DNA of 60,813 bases from Candidatus Hadarchaeum sp. (GCF_038871235.1 NZ_JAVZIN010000010.1:1-60813); one strand, 5' to 3'. Counted from the stretch's first letter, positions 49,017-59,509 are shown. Made by a program: numbers and translations. The notes: generated by a model not told the origin, from the sequence alone.

Positions 49017-49987
49017 TTAATCGGGTTTGATGAGCTCTCCCTTGAGATCACCAGTTTTCAGACGGTTGTACCATTCCTTAGTAAGTGGTTCCTTTTCGTG
49101 GAGCTCTTTGCGCCTCGCCTCCAGAAGTTCTGGTTCCAAGCCCAGTAGCTCCGAAGCTGTCAGAAGGCGGTGTCTTTTTTTCTCCGCTTCCCTGAAAACA
49201 GGACCGAGAAACTCCCGGTAATCAAGTGACCTTAACAGATGATGGTCAATGACGTTTAGCGGTACTTCTCTTACCATTTTCATCATGTTGCTCTTTGCCG
49301 ACTCTAAGCTGGGCCCGTCGATTTTGTAGCCGGCGAGATAAATGGGTGGCCCACCGACTATCACCACTTGAGGCCTTTCGCTCAGGATCATCTGGAGAGT
49401 TTCACTGTCGACGGGCCCCTGAACATCGGAGGCATGGACGAGCGTACATCCATGGGTTTTGACCGTTAGCATCAGCAGGTAGCCCAGCCCGGTTCCGGGG
49501 GAGCCGTGAGCCACCGGTCTGGAAAACTTTAGCACAGTTTGGCCGAAGGTGAATTTTTTTCCATCGGCGATTTTTATCTCCTTGGCTATTTTTGCGTTCA
49601 GCTTCTGAAAAATGTAGCCGCGCTTGCGCTGGCTGGCATTGATATCAGCGTTGATATCCTTTGCTAGGATGACTTTGCCGCGGTAGAGGTTTGCCGCGAT
49701 TTCAGGTGAACTCCAGATCCAGACCCAATCCTCGAAATTGGGAACATAATGGTCAAAGTGATAGTGGCTTATGGTGAGCAGTTCGGACTTTCGGGCTGCC
49801 TCTAAGATAGCAAGCCGAGACCGTGCTAAGGCCACGTATTCCCGTTCGTGCGGACTTAGGTGGAATCTCGGACCAAGGGCGGAACCGGGGTCGATGATCA
49901 TTTTCACATCGTCGGTTTCTACAAAAGTTGCCATGCCCCTTACACCGAGGCTTTCAAACGCCAGTGGGAGAACTCGGATTTCGCCAT
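49017..49987 (-). CDS. UPF0282-family metallo-beta-lactamase-fold protein; first codons appear frameshifted
   Basis: ESLGVRGMATFVET, ISHYHFDH, SDVQGP, DHHLLR; conserved N-terminus extends upstream of ATG 49934. Confidence 0.78.
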
Positions 49988-50121
49988 TACCTATGGGTAT
50001 GGGGTCTTTTATTTAACCACCCTGCTGCGATTCAACTTTAATTTCATCTAGTCGTCGAGGTTAATCTTTATTCTCTATTGAAATTTTAACGCTTAAATTC
50101 AATGGAACTAAAGGAATTATT

Positions 50122-50865
50122 ATGCCCACGCGCTTGAAGCATCTCAGCCGCCCAAAGCTGAAGCAGCCGGTCTTGGTGGCGGGTCTACCAGGCATAGCTA
50201 ATGTGGGTAAGCTTGCTCTCGAGTACTTGGTGCAAAAATTATCGGCGGAAAAGTTCTTGGAACTCTATTCAGATTATTTTCCCGAATGGGTGATTCAGGA
50301 GGAGGGCCGGGTTAGTCCCTTAAAGGTAGACTTTTTTCACTGCCGCCCCGAGGGAATGAAACAAGACCTGATTTTGGTAACCTCCGACGCCCAGGCGGCG
50401 ACTCCACTGGGACAATATGCGCTGACGGGAGAACTGCTGGATGTTGCCGTTCGACATGGAGTTAAGTTGGTTGGGACAATGGCTGCCTATGTGGTCTCAC
50501 CTGAAGAGAGACGCAGCTATGGGGTGGTCGGAGCGGCCTCGGATGTCGATCTGGCCAAGGCGCTGAGCGAAAGTGGAGTCAAGCTGTTGAACAGCGGCGT
50601 TATTGTGGGTATGAATGGGATGCTTCCGGTGATGGCAACCCGGCGAGGATTGAGGGGATTTTGCCTACTCGGTGTCACTGAGGGTGGGGTTCTGGACGCA
50701 GGTGCTTCAGCAGCGGTTCTGAGGTCGTTGGCCGCGGTGCTGAACTTTAAGTTGGAGCTAAAAGATTTAGAACAGCAGGCGAGGAAACTAGCCAAGCTGA
50801 TTCCACCGCCACCCGTTTCCGAGATAGGTGGTGTCGCTGAGGAAGAGCCCAGTTACATTCGTTGA
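50122..50865 (+). CDS. PAC2-family proteasome assembly chaperone
   Basis: GLPGIANVGKL, DAQA, IVGMNG, C-terminal SYIR. Confidence 0.85.
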   Translation: MPTRLKHLSRPKLKQPVLVAGLPGIANVGKLALEYLVQKLSAEKFLELYSDYFPEWVIQEEGRVSPLKVDFFHCRPEGMKQDLILVTSDAQAATPLGQYALTGELLDVAVRHGVKLVGTMAAYVVSPEERRSYGVVGAASDVDLAKALSESGVKLLNSGVIVGMNGMLPVMATRRGLRGFCLLGVTEGGVLDAGASAAVLRSLAAVLNFKLELKDLEQQARKLAKLIPPPPVSEIGGVAEEEPSYIR

Positions 50866-51957
50866 TTAAATTTCAGTAAAACTCCTCACCCTGTCAGCGT
50901 CTAGCTCTTTGACGATCTCGATGGTTAACTTGACCGCGTTTTCCACATCTTCCAAGCACAGGTAGCCCACATGGGTGTGGATGTGCCTAGTGGGAACGCT
51001 GATGACGGCGGTGGGGCATCCGGCTCTATCAAGATGTATGCTGCCCGCATCGGTGCCACCGCCCGTGGACTGCGAGAGCTGGAGTGGTATCTTCTTTCTC
51101 TCCGCTAGCTCAATGATGAAGTTCTTCAATGGTTGATTCGGGATCATTGACCTGTCGTAGGTGAGCAGGGAGGGCCCTTTTCCCAGCTTGGTTGGGGCTT
51201 GGTGCGGCTGGATTCCAGGCACATCCCCTGCGATATCAACCTCCAACACAATTCCCACGTCTGGGTCGACCACGTGAGCGGAGGTCTTGGCTCCTCTTAG
51301 ACCCACCTCCTCCTGCACGGTTGCGGCCGCATAAATGGTGTTGGGGTGTTTGATTCCTTGTTCCCTGATTCTTCTGACTGTCTCGGCCATCACAAAGACA
51401 CCGATCCTGTCGTCGAATCCCTTACCCGAGGCAAATTTACCATCCTTGAATAATGAGAAGGGAGACCAAGGAGTAACTGGGTCGCCAATCCTCACCCCCA
51501 TTTTAACTGCTTCATCCATGGAGCAGGCCCCAACGTCGATGTACATATCCTCCTTTTTCACCACCGCTTTCCTTTCCTCCTCAGTTAGAACATGGGGGGG
51601 CTTTGAGGAAATGACGCCAGGCAGGTCTCCTTTTTTCGTCCTGACGATTACCCGCTGTGAGAGCAGCACCTGATCCCACCAGCCGCCCAGCGGACCGAAC
51701 TTGAGAAAACCTGTTTTTTCATCAATTCCAGTGACCACAAAGCCGACTTCATCAAGGTGTCCTGCCATCAGAATCCGCGGTCGCTGTGATTTTCCCCTAG
51801 CCACAAAGATGATCGAGCCCAGCTTGTCGGAGATAATTTCGCTTGAGTAGGGCTTCAAATATTCTTTAACAATTTTTGCCGGTTCCGCCTCAAATCCAGA
51901 CGGACCGAAGGATTCCATTAACTCCTTCATGAATTTCATCGCTTTTTTATCGAACAT
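50866..51957 (-). CDS. M42 (TET-like) aminopeptidase
   Basis: GHLDEVG, GGWW, FDDRIG, QEEVGLRGA, GGTDAG, RHIH. Confidence 0.92.
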   Translation of the reverse strand: MFDKKAMKFMKELMESFGPSGFEAEPAKIVKEYLKPYSSEIISDKLGSIIFVARGKSQRPRILMAGHLDEVGFVVTGIDEKTGFLKFGPLGGWWDQVLLSQRVIVRTKKGDLPGVISSKPPHVLTEEERKAVVKKEDMYIDVGACSMDEAVKMGVRIGDPVTPWSPFSLFKDGKFASGKGFDDRIGVFVMAETVRRIREQGIKHPNTIYAAATVQEEVGLRGAKTSAHVVDPDVGIVLEVDIAGDVPGIQPHQAPTKLGKGPSLLTYDRSMIPNQPLKNFIIELAERKKIPLQLSQSTGGGTDAGSIHLDRAGCPTAVISVPTRHIHTHVGYLCLEDVENAVKLTIEIVKELDADRVRSFTEI

Positions 51958-52070
51958 GCTACTCCGTTTACCATTCTAGACTCTTTCATAAAAACTTGTC
52001 TTTTAAGCAACGGGGCCGGTGCTAGATAAAAATAAATAGTGGTTTTTTGATAGGTTAGGTAGTGTTTGTT

Positions 52071-54128
52071 ATGACTACGATTGGCGATAGCAGGGTTATC
52101 AAAACAGTTTGTCGGATCTGTTCTGGTGAATGTGGTTTGGATGTTTACGTCCATGACGGTAAAATTGTCAAGGTGGAGGGGATGAAGGAGCATCCGATTA
52201 ACCGGGGCGAAATTTGTCCCAAAGCGGAAGCAGCGATTGATTATGTTTATTCTCCAGATCGTCTCAAGTATCCTCTGAAGAGGGATGGCGATTCTTGGAA
52301 AAGAATTTCTTGGGATGAGGCGCTGACTACCATTGCCCAGGAGCTGACTAGAATTAAGAAGGAGTACGGGAGCAGGGCTCTGGCAGTCTATCTGGGGCAG
52401 GGGATAGATTATTATGAAAATAAGTGGTATGCGCGCAGGTTCTGTGATGTTTACGGTACTCCGGGCTATTACTCAGTCGACAGCATGTGTTATCGGGCTA
52501 GAGTGATAGCACACAGGCTGACATATGGCGCAATGTCCGTGGCAGATCAAGAGAATTCTAAGTGTATTTTGATGTGGGCTCGTAATGAGTACAACGCCAT
52601 CTTGCCTCGGGCGAAGAAAGCCCTCAAGGCATTAGAAAACGGTGCCAAATTGATCGTCGTGGATCCGGTTCGAACCTTTTTCGCAAAAAGGGCAGACATC
52701 CACCTGAGACCGAGGCCTGGAACCGACTGCGCGCTGGCCCTCGCCATGCTGAATATCATCATCTCCGAAGGCCTTTATGATAAAGAGTTTGTGGAAAGGT
52801 GGACGGTCGGTTTTGAAAAGTTGGCCGAACATGTGAAGAAGTACCCGCCTGAAAAGGTTGAGGAGATAACTTGGGTCAAAGCCGATGATATGGTTAAGGC
52901 GGCTAGACTCTATGCTTCAACTAAACCCGCCTGCATAAATCAGGGCAATTCCATAGATCTTCAGGCAAACGGAGTCCAAACCTCCCGTGCCCTTGCCATA
53001 ATGCAAGCGATAACTGGGAACCTTGATGTACCCGGTGGAAACATATACTCTCCGAGGTTGAGATTAACTAATCTGGGTTTTCCGAAAATGGTGAGTGAAA
53101 AGCCCTTCGGTGCCGATGAACATCCCATCCAGTACGAGCACACCCGAGAGGGTCAGGCAATGGTCCTGATTGAAAAAGTGATAAGCGGTGATCCCTACCA
53201 GATCAGGGCCATGATTGTTTCAGGGGGCAACCCCGCGCTTCAGTTGCCCAATTATAACAAAGTTAAGGCGGCCCTAGAAAAGCTTGACTTCCTCGTCGTG
53301 ATGGACGTTTTTATGACGGCCACAGCGGAATTCGCCGACATCGTGCTTCCGGCTGCCACATTTTTGGAGAAAACCGAATTACTCGACTTCGGTGCCGTGA
53401 TGGGAATTCCTTATGTTATGTTGAGAAAAAAAGTGGTGGAGCCCATTGGTGAAGCTTGGCCGGACTGGAAGTTTTGGTTTGAGCTGGGCAAGAGAATGGG
53501 TTACGGTGAATATTTCCCATGGAACGACGTTCGGGAAGCCATTGATGTTCTGTTAAAGCCAACAGGTTATTCAGCTAAGATTCTTGAGGAACTGCCCGGT
53601 GGCTTTTACTACGATTATCCTCGATATCGTAAGTATTTGGATGATGGCTTTTTGACCCCGTCTAAAAAGGTAGAGTTGTATTCTGAGACCCTTGAGAAGT
53701 ATGGTTATGATCCATTGCCCACTTATGTCGAGCCTAATGAGAGCCCGGTAAGTACTCCTGAGCTGGCTGAGGAATATCCGCTAATTTTGACTACCGGAGC
53801 GAGAGTTCTGGAGTATACTCACTCCCAGTTGAGAAATATACCTCAGTTGCGAGAGAAGGTTCCTCACCCCTCGGCTGAAATTCATCCAGAAACTGCAAAA
53901 AGATATGGCATCGCGGATGGTGAGATGATAGTGGTCAAGACAAAGAGAGGAAGTGTTAAGATAAAGGCAAAGGTCACAGAAGATATGCACCCCAGGGTTG
54001 TTCACGTTCAGCACGGATGGAAGGAGGCCAACGCCAACGTTTTAACTGATGAAGCGAACCGGGACCCAATCTCTGGATTTCCAGCGATTAAGTCCTTATT
54101 GTGCTCAATCGAGCGATTAGGCAGATGA
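52071..54128 (+). CDS. Mo/W-bisPGD oxidoreductase catalytic subunit (DMSO reductase superfamily), cytoplasmic
   Basis: CRICSGEC...CPKA [4Fe-4S] motif, DRLKYPL, PGTDCAL, ADIVLPA, HSQ, C-terminal molydop-binding domain; no Tat signal. Confidence 0.88.
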   Translation: MTTIGDSRVIKTVCRICSGECGLDVYVHDGKIVKVEGMKEHPINRGEICPKAEAAIDYVYSPDRLKYPLKRDGDSWKRISWDEALTTIAQELTRIKKEYGSRALAVYLGQGIDYYENKWYARRFCDVYGTPGYYSVDSMCYRARVIAHRLTYGAMSVADQENSKCILMWARNEYNAILPRAKKALKALENGAKLIVVDPVRTFFAKRADIHLRPRPGTDCALALAMLNIIISEGLYDKEFVERWTVGFEKLAEHVKKYPPEKVEEITWVKADDMVKAARLYASTKPACINQGNSIDLQANGVQTSRALAIMQAITGNLDVPGGNIYSPRLRLTNLGFPKMVSEKPFGADEHPIQYEHTREGQAMVLIEKVISGDPYQIRAMIVSGGNPALQLPNYNKVKAALEKLDFLVVMDVFMTATAEFADIVLPAATFLEKTELLDFGAVMGIPYVMLRKKVVEPIGEAWPDWKFWFELGKRMGYGEYFPWNDVREAIDVLLKPTGYSAKILEELPGGFYYDYPRYRKYLDDGFLTPSKKVELYSETLEKYGYDPLPTYVEPNESPVSTPELAEEYPLILTTGARVLEYTHSQLRNIPQLREKVPHPSAEIHPETAKRYGIADGEMIVVKTKRGSVKIKAKVTEDMHPRVVHVQHGWKEANANVLTDEANRDPISGFPAIKSLLCSIERLGR

Positions 54129-54221
54129 AGTTTTGACCCCGAATGGCCGATAAAAAATATAGGGATACAACTGAAAATTCAAAAAAAGAAAAAAGGTAAT
54201 GATTTAGCCAGTTGTCAAGGT

Positions 54222-55532
54222 TTATGAAACTATCTGAGGTTCTGGCCACCAAGTTATCTGATCCAACCCAAAGTCCCAAATGCCAATCTGCGCCCATTTG
54301 TATGTACCATCTGATTTTACAACTTGGAATAATCCGTAGTTACTGCCCTCCCTGTCACCGGCTTCATCAAAAGGCGACCAGCCCGTGACGCCGGTGTAGT
54401 TGGAGACAACCCAGGGTAACTGGGCTTTAACTGCGTCGGCGTCGTACATTTTTGCGCTGTTCATTGCCAATGCCAGAATCCAGACAGCATCATAGCCATT
54501 TAGCCCATAGATATCGGCTTCCCTGCCCAGTTTAGCTTTTATCTGCGCTTGAACCTTGTATAATTTCGGGTTCGGAGTTGGGATTAAGCAACCGTAGACG
54601 CCTTTTTCTGATATTGTTTCAGCTGTATCGGTTTCCAATGCCCAGTCCGTTAAAACTAGACCGCCGACACCCACCCAGTGTACTCCCCAACTTGTCGGGT
54701 TATATGCTTTTAGCGTGGAAAAGATCGCCTTGCCCTCTTCAAAGCAGTGTATGTAAACACTTACTTTGTCGGCTCCATAAGTAGATATGGCGGTGTTGAC
54801 TCTGGAAGCAAAGGCAGCGGCTTCAGAGCTGAATTCAGTGGCGTTGGGGTCGTATCTTACTCCCTCATCCACAGTAATTCCTAGCTTGGAACAGTAATCC
54901 CTTACATAGGACATCATTGAGTCTCCAAAAGTATCGCCGCGCCACATCGGTACTAAGTATTTCGTTCCTAAATCATGGGCGATTCGCGCAAAGCATTTGC
55001 CCTCAATTTTTGTAGTCGGCATGAGTCGATAGGTATAATCGTCTGGTATAGCTAAATCTGCCGCGTTCGATCCATAAGCAAGGAGAAGAATTTTGTTGGA
55101 ATTGGAATAAGATATAGATGCCCTTAGGTCTGCGCTAGTTCCCCAACCGCCAACGATGGTAATGCCTCTAGCGTGTAAGCTCTTTAGCTTCTCCAGGGCA
55201 ATGTCAGGCTTTGTTTCTGAGTCTTCATAAACTATGCTCATTGTCCAGCCAGCGTTGGTTTCGCTTAAATATTGGTTTACCTCGCTTAGCGCGACATCCG
55301 CAGCTGTTCTGGCCGCTTCTCCCCAGAAGGCGTTGCCACCGGTTAGACCGTCCACCCAGCCTATCTTCACTTCACCGGAGAGACCTGCGGGTGCACCTGG
55401 AGTTGCGGTAACGGTTCTGGTTGTCGTTACCGTCGCCGTGGCCCCTGGAGCAGTAGTCACCTCTGCGGGTTTGGCTACCCAACCGGCACCGATCCCAACA
55501 ATAAGACCTACTACGAGCGCTATAGTGGCCAT
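54222..55532 (-). CDS. Membrane-anchored LivJ-like solute-binding protein
   Basis: N-terminal TM, Thr-rich linker, KIG...LTG, EDSETKP, YDAVW, GVTG...GDR. Confidence 0.82.
   Translation of the reverse strand: MATIALVVGLIVGIGAGWVAKPAEVTTAPGATATVTTTRTVTATPGAPAGLSGEVKIGWVDGLTGGNAFWGEAARTAADVALSEVNQYLSETNAGWTMSIVYEDSETKPDIALEKLKSLHARGITIVGGWGTSADLRASISYSNSNKILLLAYGSNAADLAIPDDYTYRLMPTTKIEGKCFARIAHDLGTKYLVPMWRGDTFGDSMMSYVRDYCSKLGITVDEGVRYDPNATEFSSEAAAFASRVNTAISTYGADKVSVYIHCFEEGKAIFSTLKAYNPTSWGVHWVGVGGLVLTDWALETDTAETISEKGVYGCLIPTPNPKLYKVQAQIKAKLGREADIYGLNGYDAVWILALAMNSAKMYDADAVKAQLPWVVSNYTGVTGWSPFDEAGDREGSNYGLFQVVKSDGTYKWAQIGIWDFGLDQITWWPEPQIVS
55317..55519 (+). repeat. Direct repeat copy 1 (5' end of SBP gene 1)
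   Basis: 203 nt with 4 mismatches to 60611-60813 by manual comparison. Confidence 0.9.
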
Positions 55533-55889
55533 TACTAGCGGTTTCGTATTATCTACCCCCCCTGTTGTTTGTTTTTTGGCGTATTAAATGTTTTGTTCTC
55601 TAAGGGCAAAAATTAGATGTTAAAAATTACTTCTATTCCTCTAGCCACCCAGCCGAGCGGTAAGACGTGATTTAAAGGTTCCTCACCAATAGAACAGCTT
55701 CGTCAGGCCACCTGAATCACGCTCGAGCCTGAGGTGTCTCAAAATTCGCTTCCTAGAAAAATTGTGCATGAAGTTGTACAGTTAAATTAGTCTCTTAACT
55801 CTAGCTTCTTGAGACCACGCATGGAGCAGACCTTCGGCGAATTTGTTATGTATATAAATTGTTGTATCTTAAGAAAAAAGGGGGGGCGT

Positions 55890-56531
55890 TTGTTTAGACC
55901 TGTAGATAAGATAAGAGAAGCGATGTCAACATTTGATCAAGAGAAGTTAATCGAGGTCGCAAAGGGAAGCTTGAAAAATGGCTTTCACCCGTTGGAGATT
56001 ATAAATGCGATCACTGTTGTTCTTCGGGAAATGGGTGAAAAGTATGAGAAAGGTGAAATTTTTATCCCGCATTTAGTGACAGCCGGAGAGGCTGCAAAGT
56101 ATGTGATTTCGGAGCTTCTAGAACCATTGCTTAAGGATAAGGCGGAGAGAAAGACCCTAGGACGCGTTGTTATCGGCACCGTAGCCGGTGATATTCATGA
56201 TATAGGTAAAAGCCTGGTTGCGTTGATGCTTTTCTCCGCGGGATTTGAGGTAATCGACTTGGGAAAAGATGTCCCAATCGAGGAGTTTGTTAATGCTGTT
56301 AAAAAATATAGCCCAAGCATTGTCGGCATGTCTGCCTTGATAACCACAACGCGACCTATGCAAAGGGAAGTAATCGAAGCCCTTAAGAAACAGAACTTAA
56401 GGCACAAAGTGATGGTAATGGTGGGTGGTGCGCCAGTTTCGGCTGAGTGGGCTGAGGAAATAGGCGCGGATGGTTATGCTGAAAATGCCATTGAGGCCGT
56501 TAATGTTGCTAAAAGACTTATGGGGGGTTAA
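55890..56531 (+). CDS. Methyltransferase cognate corrinoid protein (MtmC/MttC-like)
   Basis: GDIHDIGK cobalamin DxHxxG motif, GMSAL, VGGAP, GADGYAENA; TTG start after G-rich RBS. Confidence 0.92.
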   Translation: MFRPVDKIREAMSTFDQEKLIEVAKGSLKNGFHPLEIINAITVVLREMGEKYEKGEIFIPHLVTAGEAAKYVISELLEPLLKDKAERKTLGRVVIGTVAGDIHDIGKSLVALMLFSAGFEVIDLGKDVPIEEFVNAVKKYSPSIVGMSALITTTRPMQREVIEALKKQNLRHKVMVMVGGAPVSAEWAEEIGADGYAENAIEAVNVAKRLMGG

Positions 56532-56534
56532 AAA

Positions 56535-57986
56535 ATGAGTTTAAAAAGCGGACAGTTGCGATTTCTCACCAGCGATGAGCTTTACGAAATTCATATGGCT
56601 TCTTTGGAAATACTTGGACAAGTTGGTGTGAAGTTCCTATCACAGAAGGCGCTGCAGATACTGGAAGGGGCTGGAGCGCAAGTTGATTTTAAGGAAGAAG
56701 TGGCTAGGATTCCGGAATATCTTGTAAAGGAGGCAATAAGAAAAGCACCGAGCAGTTGCACGGTGTATGGGAGAGACTTTAAGCACAAAATGAAGCTGGG
56801 AGATGATCAAGTTTACTTCGGCATGGCTGGCTGGCTGCCTTATGTTTTAGATCTGGAAACTGGCAAGCGCAGGGAGGGTACTTTAGCCGATGTAGAACAG
56901 TTTTTTAAACTTGGTGATTATTCAAAAAACATACATTTTTTGGATTGGGCTGTTTGGCCAAAGGACATACCAGAGTCTGTGGTTCATGCCTATGGTTTAT
57001 TTATGGGATTTAAAAACACTACAAAACCTCTGGATGGATATATTCACGGTGAGTCACCTGCTGAAGATAACATAAGAATGGCTTCTATCGTTGCTGGAGG
57101 TGAGGAAGAACTCAGGAAAAGACCGTTGCTTTTGAGCATAGAAAACCCCACCAGCCCATTACAACATTCTAAAGAAATGATAGAGGGGCTTATGGTGTAT
57201 ACTAAATATGGGCAGCCCCTCGTCATCGCTCCAGAGGCTCAATCAGGAGCTACAGCACCTGTCTCGTTAGCGGGGCTTTTGGTGCAGCAAAATGTTGAGA
57301 TTTTAAGTGGGATTGTTTTGGCTGAGCTTGTTAACCCCAGTACTCCGATGATTTACGGGACCGTTTCAACCATCGCAGATATGAAAACCGGCAACATTGC
57401 CCTCGGAGCGGTAGAAGCTGGATTAATTAATGCGGCCACAGCCCAATTGGCGCATTACTATAATCTCCCTAGCCGAGGAACAGCTGGTACCACAGACTCA
57501 AAAATACCAGATGTTCAAGCAGGTTTGGAAAAGTCGATGACATTAATTATGGCAGCCTTGTCAGGAATTGACTTTATCTACTCGTTTGCAGGCACACTAG
57601 AGTCAACGCTAACAATGAGTTACGAACAATTTCTCATCGATGACGAATTGGCTGGGATGGTGGCTCGAGCTGTTAGAGGCGTTAGAGTTGACGATGAGAT
57701 GCTTGCCGTTGATGTGATAAAGAAGGTAGGGCCTGGTCACCATTACCTAACTCAAAAACACACCATAGAAAACTTTATGAAAGAACATTACATCCCCAAG
57801 ATTATTAATAGGGAAAAAAGGGAAACTTGGGAAAAATTAGGTGCGAAGGACCTCAGAGAGATAGCCCGCAATGAAGTCAAAAAGATTTTGAAAGAGCACC
57901 AACCAGAGCCTCTAGATTCAGATGTGGAAATGGAATTAAAGAAAATCCTGGAGGAAATAGAAAAAAGATCACGTGGTAATATCTGA
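56535..57986 (+). CDS. MttB-superfamily methyltransferase, non-pyrrolysine
   Basis: SPLQ, GATAPVSLAG, DMKTG, DSKIPDVQAGLEK, VGPGHHYL; no in-frame TAG. Confidence 0.88.
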   Translation: MSLKSGQLRFLTSDELYEIHMASLEILGQVGVKFLSQKALQILEGAGAQVDFKEEVARIPEYLVKEAIRKAPSSCTVYGRDFKHKMKLGDDQVYFGMAGWLPYVLDLETGKRREGTLADVEQFFKLGDYSKNIHFLDWAVWPKDIPESVVHAYGLFMGFKNTTKPLDGYIHGESPAEDNIRMASIVAGGEEELRKRPLLLSIENPTSPLQHSKEMIEGLMVYTKYGQPLVIAPEAQSGATAPVSLAGLLVQQNVEILSGIVLAELVNPSTPMIYGTVSTIADMKTGNIALGAVEAGLINAATAQLAHYYNLPSRGTAGTTDSKIPDVQAGLEKSMTLIMAALSGIDFIYSFAGTLESTLTMSYEQFLIDDELAGMVARAVRGVRVDDEMLAVDVIKKVGPGHHYLTQKHTIENFMKEHYIPKIINREKRETWEKLGAKDLREIARNEVKKILKEHQPEPLDSDVEMELKKILEEIEKRSRGNI

Positions 57987-58107
57987 TATTTAAGATATTT
58001 TTTCCCTTGATAAGCAATGGATTCGTGGAATTTGTTTTGATTGCATCTATTTTTTTAGAATAATTAACCTTTTATTTCGAAGTTTCAGTAGTGATACGGA
58101 GGAAAAT

Positions 58108-59493
58108 ATGCCGGTTCCACCTTGGAGAATAAATGAGGTTCTGGAAAGGGCTGAAACCGGACCCATTTGCATGGAAAGGGATTTTGACACAAAGATTCTC
58201 TTCACCAATCTTAAGCGGGTGATAAAAGAACATGAGATTAAGTTTGATCCGGAAACAATTATACCTACGGACGAAACGCTTGCCGACGATGTTTGGGAAG
58301 CAGCTCTAGATCTTTATCTTACTGTTGGGACGCTTTGTATAAACACCCACAGGCGGATTCTATTTACTGAGCGGGAGATCAAGGAAGCCATGAAGGCCTT
58401 CCCAGGCGAGATAACGGTTGGCTATGGTAAAGATGCGCGAAAGATGTCCCACCGAAAAGTTGAGGATAGGAAGAGGCCTTTCTGTTTGTTTAGCCCCGAT
58501 ATCACCTACGATGAGGACCTCTTTGTCCCGGTGGCCATGGCCTATCTTCAGGAACCTCTTGCTGATGGTGTTTGTGGCCCGTTGCTGGATGAAATCGAGG
58601 GCACGGATATCAAGGCCAACGCCCCCTCCGATATCCGAGGTTCGGTCGCTCATGCGCTGATGTTCCGCGAGGCGGCCAGAAGGGTGGGCAGACCAGGCAT
58701 CTTTTTACAAGGAGTTGGCACGGCTGAGGCCGATACTGCACAGATTGCTGTGAGCAACCAAGAGTGGGGAGAAAGGTTAACCGACGGTAGATTTGTTCCC
58801 ACAATAACTGAGCTGAAAATAGACTATTCTGCTCTAAACCGGATGATCCATTATCATCAATATGGCTGTTTTGTTGGATGTCTCTTTGGACCACTTTACG
58901 GGGGCTACTGTGGCGGAGCCGAGGGCACGGCCGTGGTCGGCGTGGCATCACATATCCAAGCAATGATGGTCGCTCAAGCACATTACTCGAACTATTTCCC
59001 AATGCATCTGATGCACTCTTTCAACACCTCTCGGGAATTACTCTGGGCGATCAGCGTCACTTACCAGACGCTGGCGAAGCATACCCCGTTTATCTCAACC
59101 TCAAATGGTTTTGCCGCTGCTGGCCCAGCAACGCCGATGGTGCTCTACGAAGCGGCAGCGCACGGTTTGACTAGCTCGGTTTCAGGCGGAAATCTATGGG
59201 AGATGGCTGTGGCAAGAAACAAGCACAAAAACCGCGCCACTCCAATGGAGGGCAGAATGGCCTGTGAGATAGGCTGCGCAGCCGCGGATCAGGGATTCAA
59301 GCGAGAAGATGCCAATGATATTGTGAAGGAAATAGTCAAGAAGTACGAGGCCGACCTGACCAACGCCCCGTTGGGTAAGACTTTCCGTGAGTGCTACGAT
59401 GTCAGAAAAGTGAGACCTAAAGAGGACTATGTGAAACTATTTGAAGAAATTAAAAAAGAATTAATTCAACTTGGGGTGCCCTTCCTTTACTGA
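58108..59493 (+). CDS. MtmB-family (monomethylamine:corrinoid methyltransferase-like) protein, non-pyrrolysine
   Basis: RAETGP, IIPTD..LAD, NTHRRI, GRPG, ELKID, GGYCGGAEG, GKTFRECYD; no in-frame TAG. Confidence 0.85.
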   Translation: MPVPPWRINEVLERAETGPICMERDFDTKILFTNLKRVIKEHEIKFDPETIIPTDETLADDVWEAALDLYLTVGTLCINTHRRILFTEREIKEAMKAFPGEITVGYGKDARKMSHRKVEDRKRPFCLFSPDITYDEDLFVPVAMAYLQEPLADGVCGPLLDEIEGTDIKANAPSDIRGSVAHALMFREAARRVGRPGIFLQGVGTAEADTAQIAVSNQEWGERLTDGRFVPTITELKIDYSALNRMIHYHQYGCFVGCLFGPLYGGYCGGAEGTAVVGVASHIQAMMVAQAHYSNYFPMHLMHSFNTSRELLWAISVTYQTLAKHTPFISTSNGFAAAGPATPMVLYEAAAHGLTSSVSGGNLWEMAVARNKHKNRATPMEGRMACEIGCAAADQGFKREDANDIVKEIVKKYEADLTNAPLGKTFRECYDVRKVRPKEDYVKLFEEIKKELIQLGVPFLY

Positions 59494-59509
59494 GCACCTG
59501 TTTTAGCCT

